Sequence record: SRR20825019_97
DNA length: 64,000 bases
Reading direction: 5' to 3' (one strand)
The position numbers and the translations under genes were made by a program. Shown one piece after another: positions 10,769 to 20,949 of this stretch; position 1 is the first letter of the stretch, and every line of letters begins with the position of its first letter. A model generated the notes under the pieces. It had not been told where the DNA came from. It ran no database searches and saw only the letters and a list, made by a program, of their open reading frames with translations.

Positions 10769-10881
10769 AAAAAGGAGCCGTCCGTTGGCCCAAAGATGCA
10801 GTGGAGCAGGAGCTCCTTTAGTCGCTTTCAGGGACTAACACATCTTCAGTACACCAGATCAATATGACAGTTCTATGACGC
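10769..10881 (-). ncRNA. Candidate structured small RNA preceded by a Pho-box-like direct repeat
   Basis: Lies between two convergent genes; GCGTCAT-agaa-CTGTCAT at 10864-10881 (minus), three complementary helices at 10793-10846, and a U-tract at 10769-10773. Confidence 0.35.
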
Positions 10882-10888
10882 CGGGTTA

Positions 10889-11758
10889 TCACCCACGCCC
10901 ATGAAGCTCTTCAAAAAATACGCGGGTACGCTCAGTGATTTCGTCCAGTTTGGCGTCCCACGTGCGCTTGTAGCTCTTGAAAGTATCGTCACTCAGGCGC
11001 GAGATACGCGCTCCCGCCTCAGCTAACGCACGAGAACTGTCGGCAAAGGCGTCGAAATCCGGCTCATCCAGCCTGTCGCTGCTTCGATTGAGGTCCGCCG
11101 CGGTTCGCTGTAAGACACTTCGATCTCTCTCAGGCGCCCGCTGGTTGTCTTCCAACGCCTCTTCGATGGATTCCTCCAACTCTTCCATCAGCCCCTGCAG
11201 GGCTTGGCCGTACTCTTCCATGGCCTGCTCTGCCCGGCGCTGGGCCTGATCGGAATACGCCTCGAATTCGCGGGCAATGGCGTCCATCTGGCGAGAGAGA
11301 TCGTCGGAGGACTGTCCGAAACTGGCCGTCAAGCGCTCGCCCAGCCGGTTCATTTCTCCGATCAAACCTGCAAACGGAGACGGATTCATGATCGCCTCGC
11401 CGGTGCGGTCGTAATCCACCAGCCAGTCGCCACTCTGTTCCACAAGGTAGGTATTCACTTCCCGGCGCTCGCCGGGGACGCCGTTTTCAGCGGGCAGGCG
11501 GGTTACGATCGTAGCTTCGCGATCGTCGATGACCACCCGACCGAAATCAGGCACGGTGCCAGACCAGTCCCGGGCGTAGCCATCGAAGGCAGAGGGGGCG
11601 GCAAGCGTCGATAGATCTGCAACGGTATCCGCGTCTTTCTCGGACAGGGCCTGCCAGAATTCAGCGGCCACTTCCTGGGGCGTTTCCGGCTTGCTGCATC
11701 CAGCGACCACCACGGCCGCCAGCGCTAGTGCCACCACTCTGAACCACGAGTAACTCAT
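10889..11758 (-). CDS. Hypothetical lipoprotein with a long charged helical C-terminal region
   Basis: Signal peptide with lipobox VAGC; E/Q/A/R-rich helical second half. Confidence 0.75.
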   Translation of the reverse strand: MSYSWFRVVALALAAVVVAGCSKPETPQEVAAEFWQALSEKDADTVADLSTLAAPSAFDGYARDWSGTVPDFGRVVIDDREATIVTRLPAENGVPGERREVNTYLVEQSGDWLVDYDRTGEAIMNPSPFAGLIGEMNRLGERLTASFGQSSDDLSRQMDAIAREFEAYSDQAQRRAEQAMEEYGQALQGLMEELEESIEEALEDNQRAPERDRSVLQRTAADLNRSSDRLDEPDFDAFADSSRALAEAGARISRLSDDTFKSYKRTWDAKLDEITERTRVFFEELHGRG

Positions 11759-11808
11759 TCGCCCATCCTCAATCAATGTTCAATACTGGTCGAATAATAC
11801 TACAGGCA

Positions 11809-13482
11809 CTAGAGGTTACAGGTCAGATTTACCAATTCTTCATCAAACACACGGCGGTTTTCGCTGTAGTCCACGGGCACATCGATCAGGTGCACACCCC
11901 CCGAGGTCAGTGCGTTTTTCAGCGTCGGCCGCAGGTCTTCGGTACGGGTGATTCTATGGCCAGTGGCACCATAGGCATCGGCGTATTTGACGAAGTCCGG
12001 GTTGTTGTAATCCAGCCCGAAGTTCTGAAAGCCTTCCTGGGCCTGCTTCCATTTGATCATGCCGTAGGCATTGTCGTTGATGATCAGTATCACCAGATTC
12101 AGCTTCAGCCGCACAGCGGTTTCCAGCTCCTGGCTATTCATCATGAAGCCACCGTCGCCGCACACCGCCATCACCTTGAGGTGTGGATAGAGCATGGCCG
12201 CCATCATGGCACTGGGCAGGCCGGCGCCCATGGAAGCCAGGGCATTGTCGAGCAGCACAGTGTTGTTGTCGTAGGCCGGATAATTGCGGGCAAACCAGAG
12301 TTTGTACATGCCATTGTCCAGCGCGATGATGCCGTCGTCGGGCATGACCTGGCGTACGTCGTTGACGATTCGTTGGGGAATAACCGGGAAACGGCCATCG
12401 TCCGCCTTGTCGGCCATATGGCTGTCCACGGAAGCTTTCACTTCCATAAACCGGCTGAAGTCGTGCGAAGAGCACTGGCCGCATTTCTCGGCCAGGTACT
12501 CCACGCTGTTGGCAATGTCGCCCACCACCTCGTGCTGGGGGAAGTAAACCGGGTCTACGTCAGCAGCGCTGAAGTTCACATGGATAACCTGTTTGCCGCC
12601 GGGATGCATGAAAAACGGCGGTTTCTCAACCACATCGTGCCCGACGTTGATCACCAGGTCAGCGTGATCAATGGCGCAGTGCACAAAATCGCCGGCCGAG
12701 AGCGCCGCATTACCCAGGTAACGGGGGTGGCGCTCATCCACCACGCCCTTGCCCATCTGGGTGGTGAAGAAGGGAATGCCAGTCACGTTCACCAGGTGGA
12801 TCAGGGCCTGGGAAACCCGTTTGCGATTAGCACCGGCGCCAATCATGATCAGCGGATACCTGGCTTTGCTGATCATGTCGCAGGCAGTGTCCAGGCTCTT
12901 GGTACTGGCAGTGGGCCGACGGGCATCACTGGGCTGGAAGATATGGGTATCGCTCTCTGCCACCTCGGAGGCGATGTCTTCCGGTAATTCGAGATGAACC
13001 GCACCGGGGCGCTCTTCCGAAGCCAACCGGAAGGCTTCCCTCACCTTGGCGGGGATGGTGTTGGCGTTGCTGATCTGGCGGGTGTACTTGGTAAGTGGCC
13101 GCATCAGGTCCACCACATCCAGGATCTGGAACAGCCCCTGTTTGGACGATTTAATGGGCTTCTGCCCGGAAATCATCATCATTGGCATGCCGCCGAGCTG
13201 GGCATAGGCAGCGGCGGTTACCAGGTTGGTGGCCCCAGGGCCCAGGGTCGACAGGCAAACGCCCACACGGCCTGTCAGGCGCCCGTAGGTCGCGGCCATA
13301 AAGCCGGCTGCCTGCTCGTGACGATTGAGCACCAGCTCAATGCTGGATTCGCGCAGGGCCTCAAGGAGATCCAGGTTTTCTTCACCCGGTACCGCGAAGA
13401 TGTACCGAACACCTTCGTTTTCCAGGGCACGAACAAACAGCTCGGCGCCGTTGCGGCGGGTAGTGGCCTCAGCGGTCATCAT
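11809..13482 (-). CDS. Acetolactate synthase large subunit-like TPP enzyme
   Basis: PGEENL, RHEQAAGFMA, TLGPGATN, TPP motif GDGGFMMN...NDN; no small subunit nearby. Confidence 0.92.
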   Translation of the reverse strand: MMTAEATTRRNGAELFVRALENEGVRYIFAVPGEENLDLLEALRESSIELVLNRHEQAAGFMAATYGRLTGRVGVCLSTLGPGATNLVTAAAYAQLGGMPMMMISGQKPIKSSKQGLFQILDVVDLMRPLTKYTRQISNANTIPAKVREAFRLASEERPGAVHLELPEDIASEVAESDTHIFQPSDARRPTASTKSLDTACDMISKARYPLIMIGAGANRKRVSQALIHLVNVTGIPFFTTQMGKGVVDERHPRYLGNAALSAGDFVHCAIDHADLVINVGHDVVEKPPFFMHPGGKQVIHVNFSAADVDPVYFPQHEVVGDIANSVEYLAEKCGQCSSHDFSRFMEVKASVDSHMADKADDGRFPVIPQRIVNDVRQVMPDDGIIALDNGMYKLWFARNYPAYDNNTVLLDNALASMGAGLPSAMMAAMLYPHLKVMAVCGDGGFMMNSQELETAVRLKLNLVILIINDNAYGMIKWKQAQEGFQNFGLDYNNPDFVKYADAYGATGHRITRTEDLRPTLKNALTSGGVHLIDVPVDYSENRRVFDEELVNLTCNL

Positions 13483-13507
13483 CTCTCCCGTTCTGGCTTG
13501 GTTGGGT

Positions 13508-15532
13508 CTACTTTTCCTGCGGAGGTTCGGCCTGCAATGCCTCAGCCGGCAACCGGTCTCGGCCCCAACTGCGGTGAACGCGGCTGATCACCCGCTCCAA
13601 TTCCTCCTCGCCCACGTCTGCGGGTTCACCGCGTTCAAGGGGGTCGAAGTGAAAAATGTACAGCCGCGAGGCGAACTGTTCAAAGGGCAAGGATGCCTCA
13701 CCGAACCGCTCCCCTTTCCTGGAGGTACTGACCACCACATCGTCGCCCCAATTCTGACCACTGTCGTTGTTGGGGTTGAAGAAATACACCCGCATGACCT
13801 CTTCCGGGTCCAGAGTCACACGGAGGATGGTAATCGCGTGCCAGCCGATGAATCTTGCGGCACTGTCGGTAACCGCTACGCCAGCCGGTTGCGGATGGAT
13901 CAGCGGCTGGTTGCCATTATAGTAAGGGTGGTAGCTGGCATAGAAATGTCGCAGGAAGGTGTCCAGGTCTTCCAGGTGACCGGTTGCAACATCCACGTTT
14001 ATGCGGAATCCACGGCCGGCGGACCAACCATGGAACTCGGGGTTAACCCACTGGTGGGGGTCGCCCTGGCGGTCCGTACACAGGCGCCCCATTTCCGCAT
14101 AAATCCGGTCAAGGTGCGGTACTACCACCAGCGAAACCGGATCCAGGTCGAGCGTTACTTCGGAGGCCACGCCACCCTGGCTGCCGGAGGAAGATACCGG
14201 GCGACCCTCGAAATGCATGATGATTTCGTTGTCGCGGGCGGCCCAGGCCACCATCTGCAACAGATAGTCCGGATCGTTGTAGGCCCACATGGACAGCGCC
14301 CGTGCAGATTGGCAGGTAGGGTTGTTTCCCTGCCCCACGCCAAGGGGCTGGCCCAGCATGTTGAGCACACCCTGCAACAGCCATGCCTTCGGCTGTGGCT
14401 GGTAACCATATGCCAATCGGATACGCTCCCGGGCGTGCGGGCAGATGGAGAGCCTGGCCTGGCGCCACAGCGCGGGTGCAAGTGGCGGTTGATAGAGAAT
14501 GCCTCGCTCCAGCATCAACGCAAGGCCATAAAGACCTTGGGCTGTTTCCGGATAGACGCCTTCATTGATCAACTCATGCACCAGATCCTTGTAGCAGAGC
14601 AGGCAATCGCGGCCGGTACTGGACAGGCCCAGGGCTTCAGTTAATAGCGCATCCTGACTCTCCAGGATGTGGCGGACAAACGTGGCGTGATACGGCGACA
14701 CCAATCCGGTGTCGTGCATGGAACGGGCAAAACCGGTCGCCTCACTTTGCAGGGCCACGGCGTCCATGGACTGCAGCCGTTCCTGGTAAACAGGAATGCC
14801 AGGATCTTCGCGGCACGCCTGTGTTGGCCCGTAAAGGCTCGAAATCAGACGCTCCGCACCCTGACCCGCACCACCGAGATCCACATTGGGATCAATGCGG
14901 CACAGTGCAATCTGGGTAATCATCTGCCGTACGCTGCTGACCTGGATCGGTCGTTGCTGCAATATGCGCCAGATCTCTTCAATCAGTTGATCGATGACAT
15001 GCTCATAGCCGATCTGGGTGGCAACATGCTGTACCACCGCGCGGCTGACCAGTGCCAGCTTGCCCTGCTCCCGCTCGGCTTCGCCTGCTTCACCAAACAG
15101 CATGTTCAGGTTGATGGCCAATACCTGGGTCAGGTAGTGATGCGCCTGTTCCGCCGACATCGACTCATGCAGGTATTCACCGCGCGCGACCGCCAGCAAA
15201 CGCAGTTCGCTGAGCCCTTCGATGATGACCGTATCGGCCTGTGGGCTTTGCAAGGAAAAGGTGGTCAACGATGGCAATAGAATGGAGGGGTCTGCCCAGT
15301 CTGTTCCCAGGAACACGCCGGCTTTCTCAAGCCGTTCGGCTCGCTGTTCAATTGCAAGGCAGCCCTCCGGCTGCAGAAGCACCCGTCGCACGATGTCGAA
15401 CAACCGGGGTAACTTGCCAAGTTTGGCAAAATCGCGGCTCTCATCGAGAGCCGCGATGGCATCGTCCAGTCGCTGAACCAGCTTATCGAAATTGACGACA
15501 GGTGCCGGGGTTCCAGCGTCGGAGTTGCTCAA
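13508..15532 (-). CDS. Hypothetical 674-aa protein with a C-terminal papain/calpain-like Cys-His-Asn motif set
   Basis: Long ORF with GAGG SD and TTG start; QGNNPTC (C407), WHAITI (H565), FFNP (N586). Confidence 0.7.
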   Translation of the reverse strand: MSNSDAGTPAPVVNFDKLVQRLDDAIAALDESRDFAKLGKLPRLFDIVRRVLLQPEGCLAIEQRAERLEKAGVFLGTDWADPSILLPSLTTFSLQSPQADTVIIEGLSELRLLAVARGEYLHESMSAEQAHHYLTQVLAINLNMLFGEAGEAEREQGKLALVSRAVVQHVATQIGYEHVIDQLIEEIWRILQQRPIQVSSVRQMITQIALCRIDPNVDLGGAGQGAERLISSLYGPTQACREDPGIPVYQERLQSMDAVALQSEATGFARSMHDTGLVSPYHATFVRHILESQDALLTEALGLSSTGRDCLLCYKDLVHELINEGVYPETAQGLYGLALMLERGILYQPPLAPALWRQARLSICPHARERIRLAYGYQPQPKAWLLQGVLNMLGQPLGVGQGNNPTCQSARALSMWAYNDPDYLLQMVAWAARDNEIIMHFEGRPVSSSGSQGGVASEVTLDLDPVSLVVVPHLDRIYAEMGRLCTDRQGDPHQWVNPEFHGWSAGRGFRINVDVATGHLEDLDTFLRHFYASYHPYYNGNQPLIHPQPAGVAVTDSAARFIGWHAITILRVTLDPEEVMRVYFFNPNNDSGQNWGDDVVVSTSRKGERFGEASLPFEQFASRLYIFHFDPLERGEPADVGEEELERVISRVHRSWGRDRLPAEALQAEPPQEK

Positions 15533-15585
15533 ACTGTGTTCCTCAGAGTCTGAATCAGACCCATTGTTGTTAATTCCTTACGGAA

Positions 15586-16818
15586 TTATACATAGAAATC
15601 CAGTTCTTCCTGATGTTTCAGTAAATCCCGCATTACATAAGGGTCTTCACCGAAGAAGTAAACCAGGCCCCAATGTGTGCCAAAGGCAGTACGCTTGGTA
15701 ACTGTTTCTTCCAACGGCGGCGTGAGCTCGTGGGACTCGAAGTAATCGTGGTTCTCGGTCTCTTCCGGCATTTCCAATTGGCTGACCACCCGGCGGCGCG
15801 GATAAACGCCGAAACAGCCGGCATAGCCCTTGGCATCCACCACCTCTTTGGGGAAGAACGCCTTTACCTCTTCTGCCGTGGTTTTCGGGTCAAAGGTCAT
15901 GATCAGTGCCTGATAGGCGTTAAAGCCGTAGGCACGCTCAAGCAGCTCGAACACCTTGAAGCCTGGCGGCCGATACGCCACCTCTCCGAAGTACATGGTA
16001 CTGTCGCTGGTCACGAAGTACTCTGGGTGAATAAACCCGAACTCGATATCGAACGTTTTGATCAGCTTTTCGATCTCGCGGGTGATCTGTTCCCGGTACT
16101 TCTCCAGGTCCGGCGTGGCCGGCACAAACACCGAGTAACCCAGGGTCACATACTCCGAGATGTTCAGGAATGCGATCTTGCCGTTGTGAATCCAGGCTTC
16201 GACGGCAAATTCCCAACCGTCCAGATGGGATTCCATCAGCACCGGGAATTCTTCCTCGGGAATGGTGTCTACTTCATCCGGGGTACGAATCACCCGGTGG
16301 CCCAGACAACCGGCTTTGTCGAATGCTTTGAGGTGAATCGGATCGTTGGGGTCACCGTCCAGCTTCAAGAGGGTCTGGTTAACGCGCTTGAGGAAACGGA
16401 TAACGTCGTCCCGGTCATGAGCTTCCTCGAAGATCCCAACGCGAATGCCGCCCAGCTGCGCACGGCGCTTCATCAGGGCTTTGTCCCGTAACAACATGGA
16501 CTGGCCGAACAGCTTTGGCTGATCCATCAGAACCGAGTTGATAGCGCCGGCCCATTCCACGGTTTCCTCAAACAATGGGATAGCCACATTAACGCCCATT
16601 TCTTTAAGTGTCTGAGCAATCTCAACCGACCGGTCGTTCAGGCGCTCGAAGTTCCAAGGTACATAGGGAATATCATGTTCCTTGCAGTAAGCCTCCGCCC
16701 AATCCGGCGCAACCACCACATATCGTCGATCAAATTTATCGGCAGCTTCCACCGCGTTCAGGCTCCATCCCAGGAGTGCGATATAGCCTTTATTCGGATC
16801 GAATTCTTGCTCGCTCAT
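15586..16818 (-). CDS. ATP-grasp carboxylate-amine ligase
   Basis: RDKALMK...GI, LKAFDKAG, MESHLDGWEFAVE, HPEY...GEVAYRPPG; start at MSEQEF. Confidence 0.85.
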   Translation of the reverse strand: MSEQEFDPNKGYIALLGWSLNAVEAADKFDRRYVVVAPDWAEAYCKEHDIPYVPWNFERLNDRSVEIAQTLKEMGVNVAIPLFEETVEWAGAINSVLMDQPKLFGQSMLLRDKALMKRRAQLGGIRVGIFEEAHDRDDVIRFLKRVNQTLLKLDGDPNDPIHLKAFDKAGCLGHRVIRTPDEVDTIPEEEFPVLMESHLDGWEFAVEAWIHNGKIAFLNISEYVTLGYSVFVPATPDLEKYREQITREIEKLIKTFDIEFGFIHPEYFVTSDSTMYFGEVAYRPPGFKVFELLERAYGFNAYQALIMTFDPKTTAEEVKAFFPKEVVDAKGYAGCFGVYPRRRVVSQLEMPEETENHDYFESHELTPPLEETVTKRTAFGTHWGLVYFFGEDPYVMRDLLKHQEELDFYV

Positions 16819-16898
16819 GTTCGTTCTCCTTGGTGGTGTTTCCTTATAACCTAACGTTTCAGGCGCAAATCGCAACCGGGCCCGGCGCCCAGAAAACA

Positions 16899-16944
16899 AA
16901 AAGCGCCGGCAGCCCCAGCTTTTAAGCCAGGACTACCAGCGCTT
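16899..16944 (-). terminator. Probable terminator after mqo
   Basis: Minus strand AAGCGCTGGTAGTCC...GGGCTGCCGGCGCTTTT, a long hairpin with G-U pairs plus a U tract. Confidence 0.6.
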
Positions 16945-16971
16945 CCGCCAGTGTTAGATCGTTTGGGAATA

Positions 16972-18453
16972 TCAGCTCAATTTCAGGGTTGAGAGCGTTC
17001 GTTCCCGCACTCTATTGAGTAATTGCTCATCGTCTACCAGCGACTGACCGTAGGAAGGCACCATCACTTTCATGCGTTCCTGCCATTCCGAAGACTCCAT
17101 ACGTTCCGGGAAACAACGTTGGATCACATCGATCATGGCCTGGACAGCCGTCGAAGCCCCCGGCGATGCACCCAGCAAAGCGGCCAGGGTGCCGTCCTTC
17201 GCCGCCACAATTTCGGTACCGAATTCCAGCTTACCGCCACCTTCCGGCGACTTCTTGATGATCTGCACGCGCTGGCCGGCGTCCTGCAGGCGCCAGTCCT
17301 CTTCGCGGGCATCCGGGAAGTAATTGCGCAGGGAAGCCACACGGTCGCTGTGAGACTGGAATACCTCACCAATCAGGTAGCGGGTCAGGTCCATGTTGGT
17401 GCGGCTCACCGACAACATGGGACGAAGATTCGCTGAGCGGACCGATCCGAACAGATCGAATACCGAACCCTGCTTGAGAAACCGTGTGGTGAAGCCAGCA
17501 AACGGGCCGAATAGAAGCGCGGGTTCACCGTTGATAATACGGGTATCCAGATGCGGAACCGACATCGGCGGTGCGCCGATTGGCGCCTTTCCGTACACCT
17601 TGGAGTGATGTTGCTGGACGATTTCCGGCTTCTGGCAAACCAGCCACTGACCGCTGACCGGGAAACCACCGTAGCCTTTGGATTCGTCGATGTTGGACTT
17701 CTGCAGCATCGGCAAGGCGCCGCCACCGGCGCCCAGGAAGACAAACCCAGCCTCAAGCTTCGTCAGCTCTCCGGTTTTCTGGTTCTTCACCCGTACCTTC
17801 CAGCGGCCATTGTCGCGCTTGGCCAGGTAATGCACGGGGCTGCTTAACATCAGTTCAAAGTTCGGCGTGGTTTCCAGGAACTCCACCATGCTGCGGGTGA
17901 GAGAGCCAAAGTCCACGTCTGAACCGTGCTTGATACGCGTGGCGGCCACTCTCTGCATCGGGTCGCGGTTGTTCACCACCAGCGGCATCCACTCTTCCAG
18001 ATCCCGCGGGGATTCGGTGTACTCCATTTCCCGGAACAAATGGTGGGCGCTGAGCTTTTCGTGGCGACGCTTGAGGAACTTCACACCATCCTCGCCCCAT
18101 ACAAAGCTCTGGTGAGGAGTTCGGTTGATGAAACTTTTGGGTTCCGGCAGCATCCCCTGCTCAACCAGATGAGACCAGAACTGCAACGATACTTCGAACG
18201 AGGCATTGATCTTCAACGCCCGCTCGATAGCAACATCGCCATCGTCGGTTTCGGGGGTGTAATTGAGTTCGCAGTAGCCGGCATGCCCGGTCCCTGCATT
18301 GTTCCATCCATCGGTGCTTTCATGGGCGACGTGATCAAGACGTTCAACCATGACGATGTCCAGGGAAGGATCAAGCTGCCTGAGCATCATGCCGAGGGTG
18401 GCGCTCATGACGCCCCCGCCGACCAGCACCACATCTGCCTGTCTAACGGCCAT
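16972..18453 (-). CDS. mqo: Malate:quinone oxidoreductase
   Basis: GGGVMSATLG, WNNAGTGH, ELNYTP, PPMSVPHLDTR, LLGASPGASTA. Confidence 0.97.
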   Translation of the reverse strand: MAVRQADVVLVGGGVMSATLGMMLRQLDPSLDIVMVERLDHVAHESTDGWNNAGTGHAGYCELNYTPETDDGDVAIERALKINASFEVSLQFWSHLVEQGMLPEPKSFINRTPHQSFVWGEDGVKFLKRRHEKLSAHHLFREMEYTESPRDLEEWMPLVVNNRDPMQRVAATRIKHGSDVDFGSLTRSMVEFLETTPNFELMLSSPVHYLAKRDNGRWKVRVKNQKTGELTKLEAGFVFLGAGGGALPMLQKSNIDESKGYGGFPVSGQWLVCQKPEIVQQHHSKVYGKAPIGAPPMSVPHLDTRIINGEPALLFGPFAGFTTRFLKQGSVFDLFGSVRSANLRPMLSVSRTNMDLTRYLIGEVFQSHSDRVASLRNYFPDAREEDWRLQDAGQRVQIIKKSPEGGGKLEFGTEIVAAKDGTLAALLGASPGASTAVQAMIDVIQRCFPERMESSEWQERMKVMVPSYGQSLVDDEQLLNRVRERTLSTLKLS

Positions 18454-18783
18454 TGGTTATCACCCTAGCTAGTTTAAAGCCTGTTGCCCGCCCACGATCA
18501 GCAGAGGGGCTTGGAAATTGTGGCGCGATTATCCCGTTTTTTGATCGGATAATAAATTGCGAATATCAACTGACTCGTGGTCGGGCCAGCCTGGGGCTGG
18601 TTGCGCCAACATATCTGACAAGGGCCAACGTCCTGATTTATTTACCAACGGTGGCCGTGTGTAGGTCAAACGTTTAAAATGCGCTCGCCGGGCGCTCTTT
18701 GTTACATTCTCGCGTCTGTGCTCAACGATATCACCGCCACTTTAGTCTCATACCGTGCGGCTTACACCAACAGGGCATCCTTT

Positions 18784-19755
18784 ATGCTATTGGCAATCGC
18801 AGCAATCATCGCTGGCCTGGTTTTACTGGTCTGGAGCGCAGACCGCTTCATTGAAGGCGCGGCAGCCACCGCCAAACACCTCGGTATGCCATCGCTGCTG
18901 ATTGGTATGGTGATTATCGGATTCGGCACCTCTGCGCCTGAACTGGCAGTGTCAGCCATGGCCGCACTCGATGGCAATCCCGGGTTGGCCCTGGGCAACG
19001 CCTACGGTTCGAACATCACCAACATCGCCGTGATCGTTGGTGTGACTGCGGTGATTGCACCAATTGCCGTGCACTCCCAGGTAATACGCAAGGAACTCCC
19101 GCTACTACTGGTACTGACGGCCATCGCCGGTTACCAGTTGATTGATGGCAACCTGACCCGGCTCGATGGCTGGGTACTGCTTGGTGTGTTCGCAGCCGTC
19201 ATGGGCTGGTCCATCTACCAAGGCATCCAGGGCAAGGGGGACTCACTGATCGGCGAGACCGACTCCGAGCTGGTTGCCCACCCGATGCCGCTGAAAATAG
19301 CCGTGATGTGGCTGGTTGTAGGCTTGGTGCTTTTGCTGGTGAGCTCGCGCATGCTGGTCTGGGGCGCGGTGTTTATTGCCCAGAGCCTCGGCGTCAGTGA
19401 CCTGATCATCGGGCTGACAATCGTTGCCATCGGCACATCTCTGCCGGAACTGGCTTCTGCGTTGGCGGCCGTCAAGAAAAACGAACACGACCTGATACTC
19501 GGTAACATTGTGGGGTCTGGTATTTTCAACACTCTGGCCGTGGTTGGCCTGGCTGCGACCATTGAGCCCCTGGCCGTGGATATGGAAGTGCTTTACCGCG
19601 ACTGGACCCTGATGACAGCCCTCACCATCGGGCTTCTGCTGATGAGCTTTGGGCTGACGGGTAAGTCCCGGACCATCGGGCGACCGGACGGCGTGCTGTT
19701 ATTGCTGGTGTACGTTTGCTACACCAGCTATCTGGTGTCGACAGTCATCCGCTAA
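18784..19755 (+). CDS. Calcium/sodium antiporter (YrbG-like, CaCA family)
   Basis: Two alpha repeats, GTSAPE...GSNITN and GTSLPE...GNIVGS. Confidence 0.93.
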   Translation: MLLAIAAIIAGLVLLVWSADRFIEGAAATAKHLGMPSLLIGMVIIGFGTSAPELAVSAMAALDGNPGLALGNAYGSNITNIAVIVGVTAVIAPIAVHSQVIRKELPLLLVLTAIAGYQLIDGNLTRLDGWVLLGVFAAVMGWSIYQGIQGKGDSLIGETDSELVAHPMPLKIAVMWLVVGLVLLLVSSRMLVWGAVFIAQSLGVSDLIIGLTIVAIGTSLPELASALAAVKKNEHDLILGNIVGSGIFNTLAVVGLAATIEPLAVDMEVLYRDWTLMTALTIGLLLMSFGLTGKSRTIGRPDGVLLLLVYVCYTSYLVSTVIR

Positions 19756-19764
19756 CCAGGCCGG

Positions 19765-20193
19765 TCAGGCCTGGTTCTCCCTGAACACCATCGCCACTGA
19801 ATTCAGGCAGTAACGCTGGCCGGTTGGCGGCGGGCCATCCGGAAACACGTGCCCAAGGTGGCTGTCACAACGCGGGCAACGGATCTCCGTGCGAGCCATG
19901 CCCATGCTGTTGTCTTCAATGTAACGGATGTGGTCGGTGTCAAAAGGCTGGAAAAAGCTCGGCCAACCGGTACCGGAATCGAACTTGGAATCGGAACTGA
20001 ACAGCGGCAACTCGCACAACCGGCAGTAATAGGCACCTGCGTTCTTGTTGTCCAGCAAGGTGCCGCAAAATGGCCGCTCGGTGCCATGATCCAGCAACAC
20101 GCGGCGCTCCTCGTCCGTCAGGCCCGCGGCCTTTTCGTCCACTTGTTGTGGTGTCAGCGGGGTCAGGTCATAACCTGCAGCAGAAACGCTCAT
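19765..20193 (-). CDS. msrB: Peptide-methionine (R)-S-oxide reductase
   Basis: [33 protein letters not shown]. Confidence 0.97.
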   Translation of the reverse strand: MSVSAAGYDLTPLTPQQVDEKAAGLTDEERRVLLDHGTERPFCGTLLDNKNAGAYYCRLCELPLFSSDSKFDSGTGWPSFFQPFDTDHIRYIEDNSMGMARTEIRCPRCDSHLGHVFPDGPPPTGQRYCLNSVAMVFRENQA

Positions 20194-20203
20194 AGCAGCC
20201 TCC

Positions 20204-20851
20204 TCAGGCAATGTTGTTGTCGGTGTAACCGGGCTTGAGCTGGTCACCGAACGTGTCCACAAGCTTTTCAATCTTTGGTGCCGCAACAGCCGTGATGTAG
20301 GGCTGGTATGGATTCCGTGCGGCAAAATTCTGGTGATAGTCTTCCGCCGGATAAAAAGCCTCCAACGGCTCCAGGGTTGTCACCAGAGGATTATCATAAA
20401 CACCCGCCGAGTTCAGTTGGCGAATGTAGGCTTCCGCCACCTGTTTCTGTTCGTCATTCTCGTAAAAAACGGCGGAACGGTACTGTGTACCACGGTCGTT
20501 TCCCTGCCGGTTAAGCTGGGTTGGGTCGTGGGCCACCGAGAAAAACACCTTCAGGATATCCCCGAAACTGACGGTCTGCGGGTCGTAATGAACATCGACC
20601 ACTTCGGCGTGGCCGGTCTGGCCGCCGCACACCGCCTCATAGTTGGCGGTTTCCGCTGTGCCCCCGGCATAGCCGGATTCCACCCGGCTGACACCGTTCA
20701 CCGCCAGAAAAACGGCTTCCACACACCAGAAACAGCCACCGCCAAGCACAACCCTTTGCTCGCGGTTATCGCCGGTTGGCAAATCGCTTTCAGGCTCCGG
20801 AAAGCGGCTTTTCGGTACGTTCAAGCCCGGAATCGTGCAGGATGTGGACAT
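20204..20851 (-). CDS. msrA: Peptide-methionine (S)-S-oxide reductase
   Basis: [39 protein letters not shown]. Confidence 0.97.
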   Translation of the reverse strand: MSTSCTIPGLNVPKSRFPEPESDLPTGDNREQRVVLGGGCFWCVEAVFLAVNGVSRVESGYAGGTAETANYEAVCGGQTGHAEVVDVHYDPQTVSFGDILKVFFSVAHDPTQLNRQGNDRGTQYRSAVFYENDEQKQVAEAYIRQLNSAGVYDNPLVTTLEPLEAFYPAEDYHQNFAARNPYQPYITAVAAPKIEKLVDTFGDQLKPGYTDNNIA

Positions 20852-20949
20852 AATCAGCCTCTGCTTCTGGATTATTACCGTTCATTTAGTTTCCCAATGT
20901 CCAAGTGTGGCCTCCCTGGTTGGTTTTAGCTACCCCCACTTTGGGGGCA

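Noticed and set aside
11776-14644. Long plus-strand ORFs (403 aa, 439 aa)
   Set aside because: Antisense to the ALS gene and the 674-aa gene, with no recognisable motifs; expected from GC-rich codon bias.
18541-18570. Possible FNR/Anr box upstream of mqo (TTGAT...ATCAA)
   Set aside because: Half-site spacing does not fit TTGAT-N4-ATCAA.
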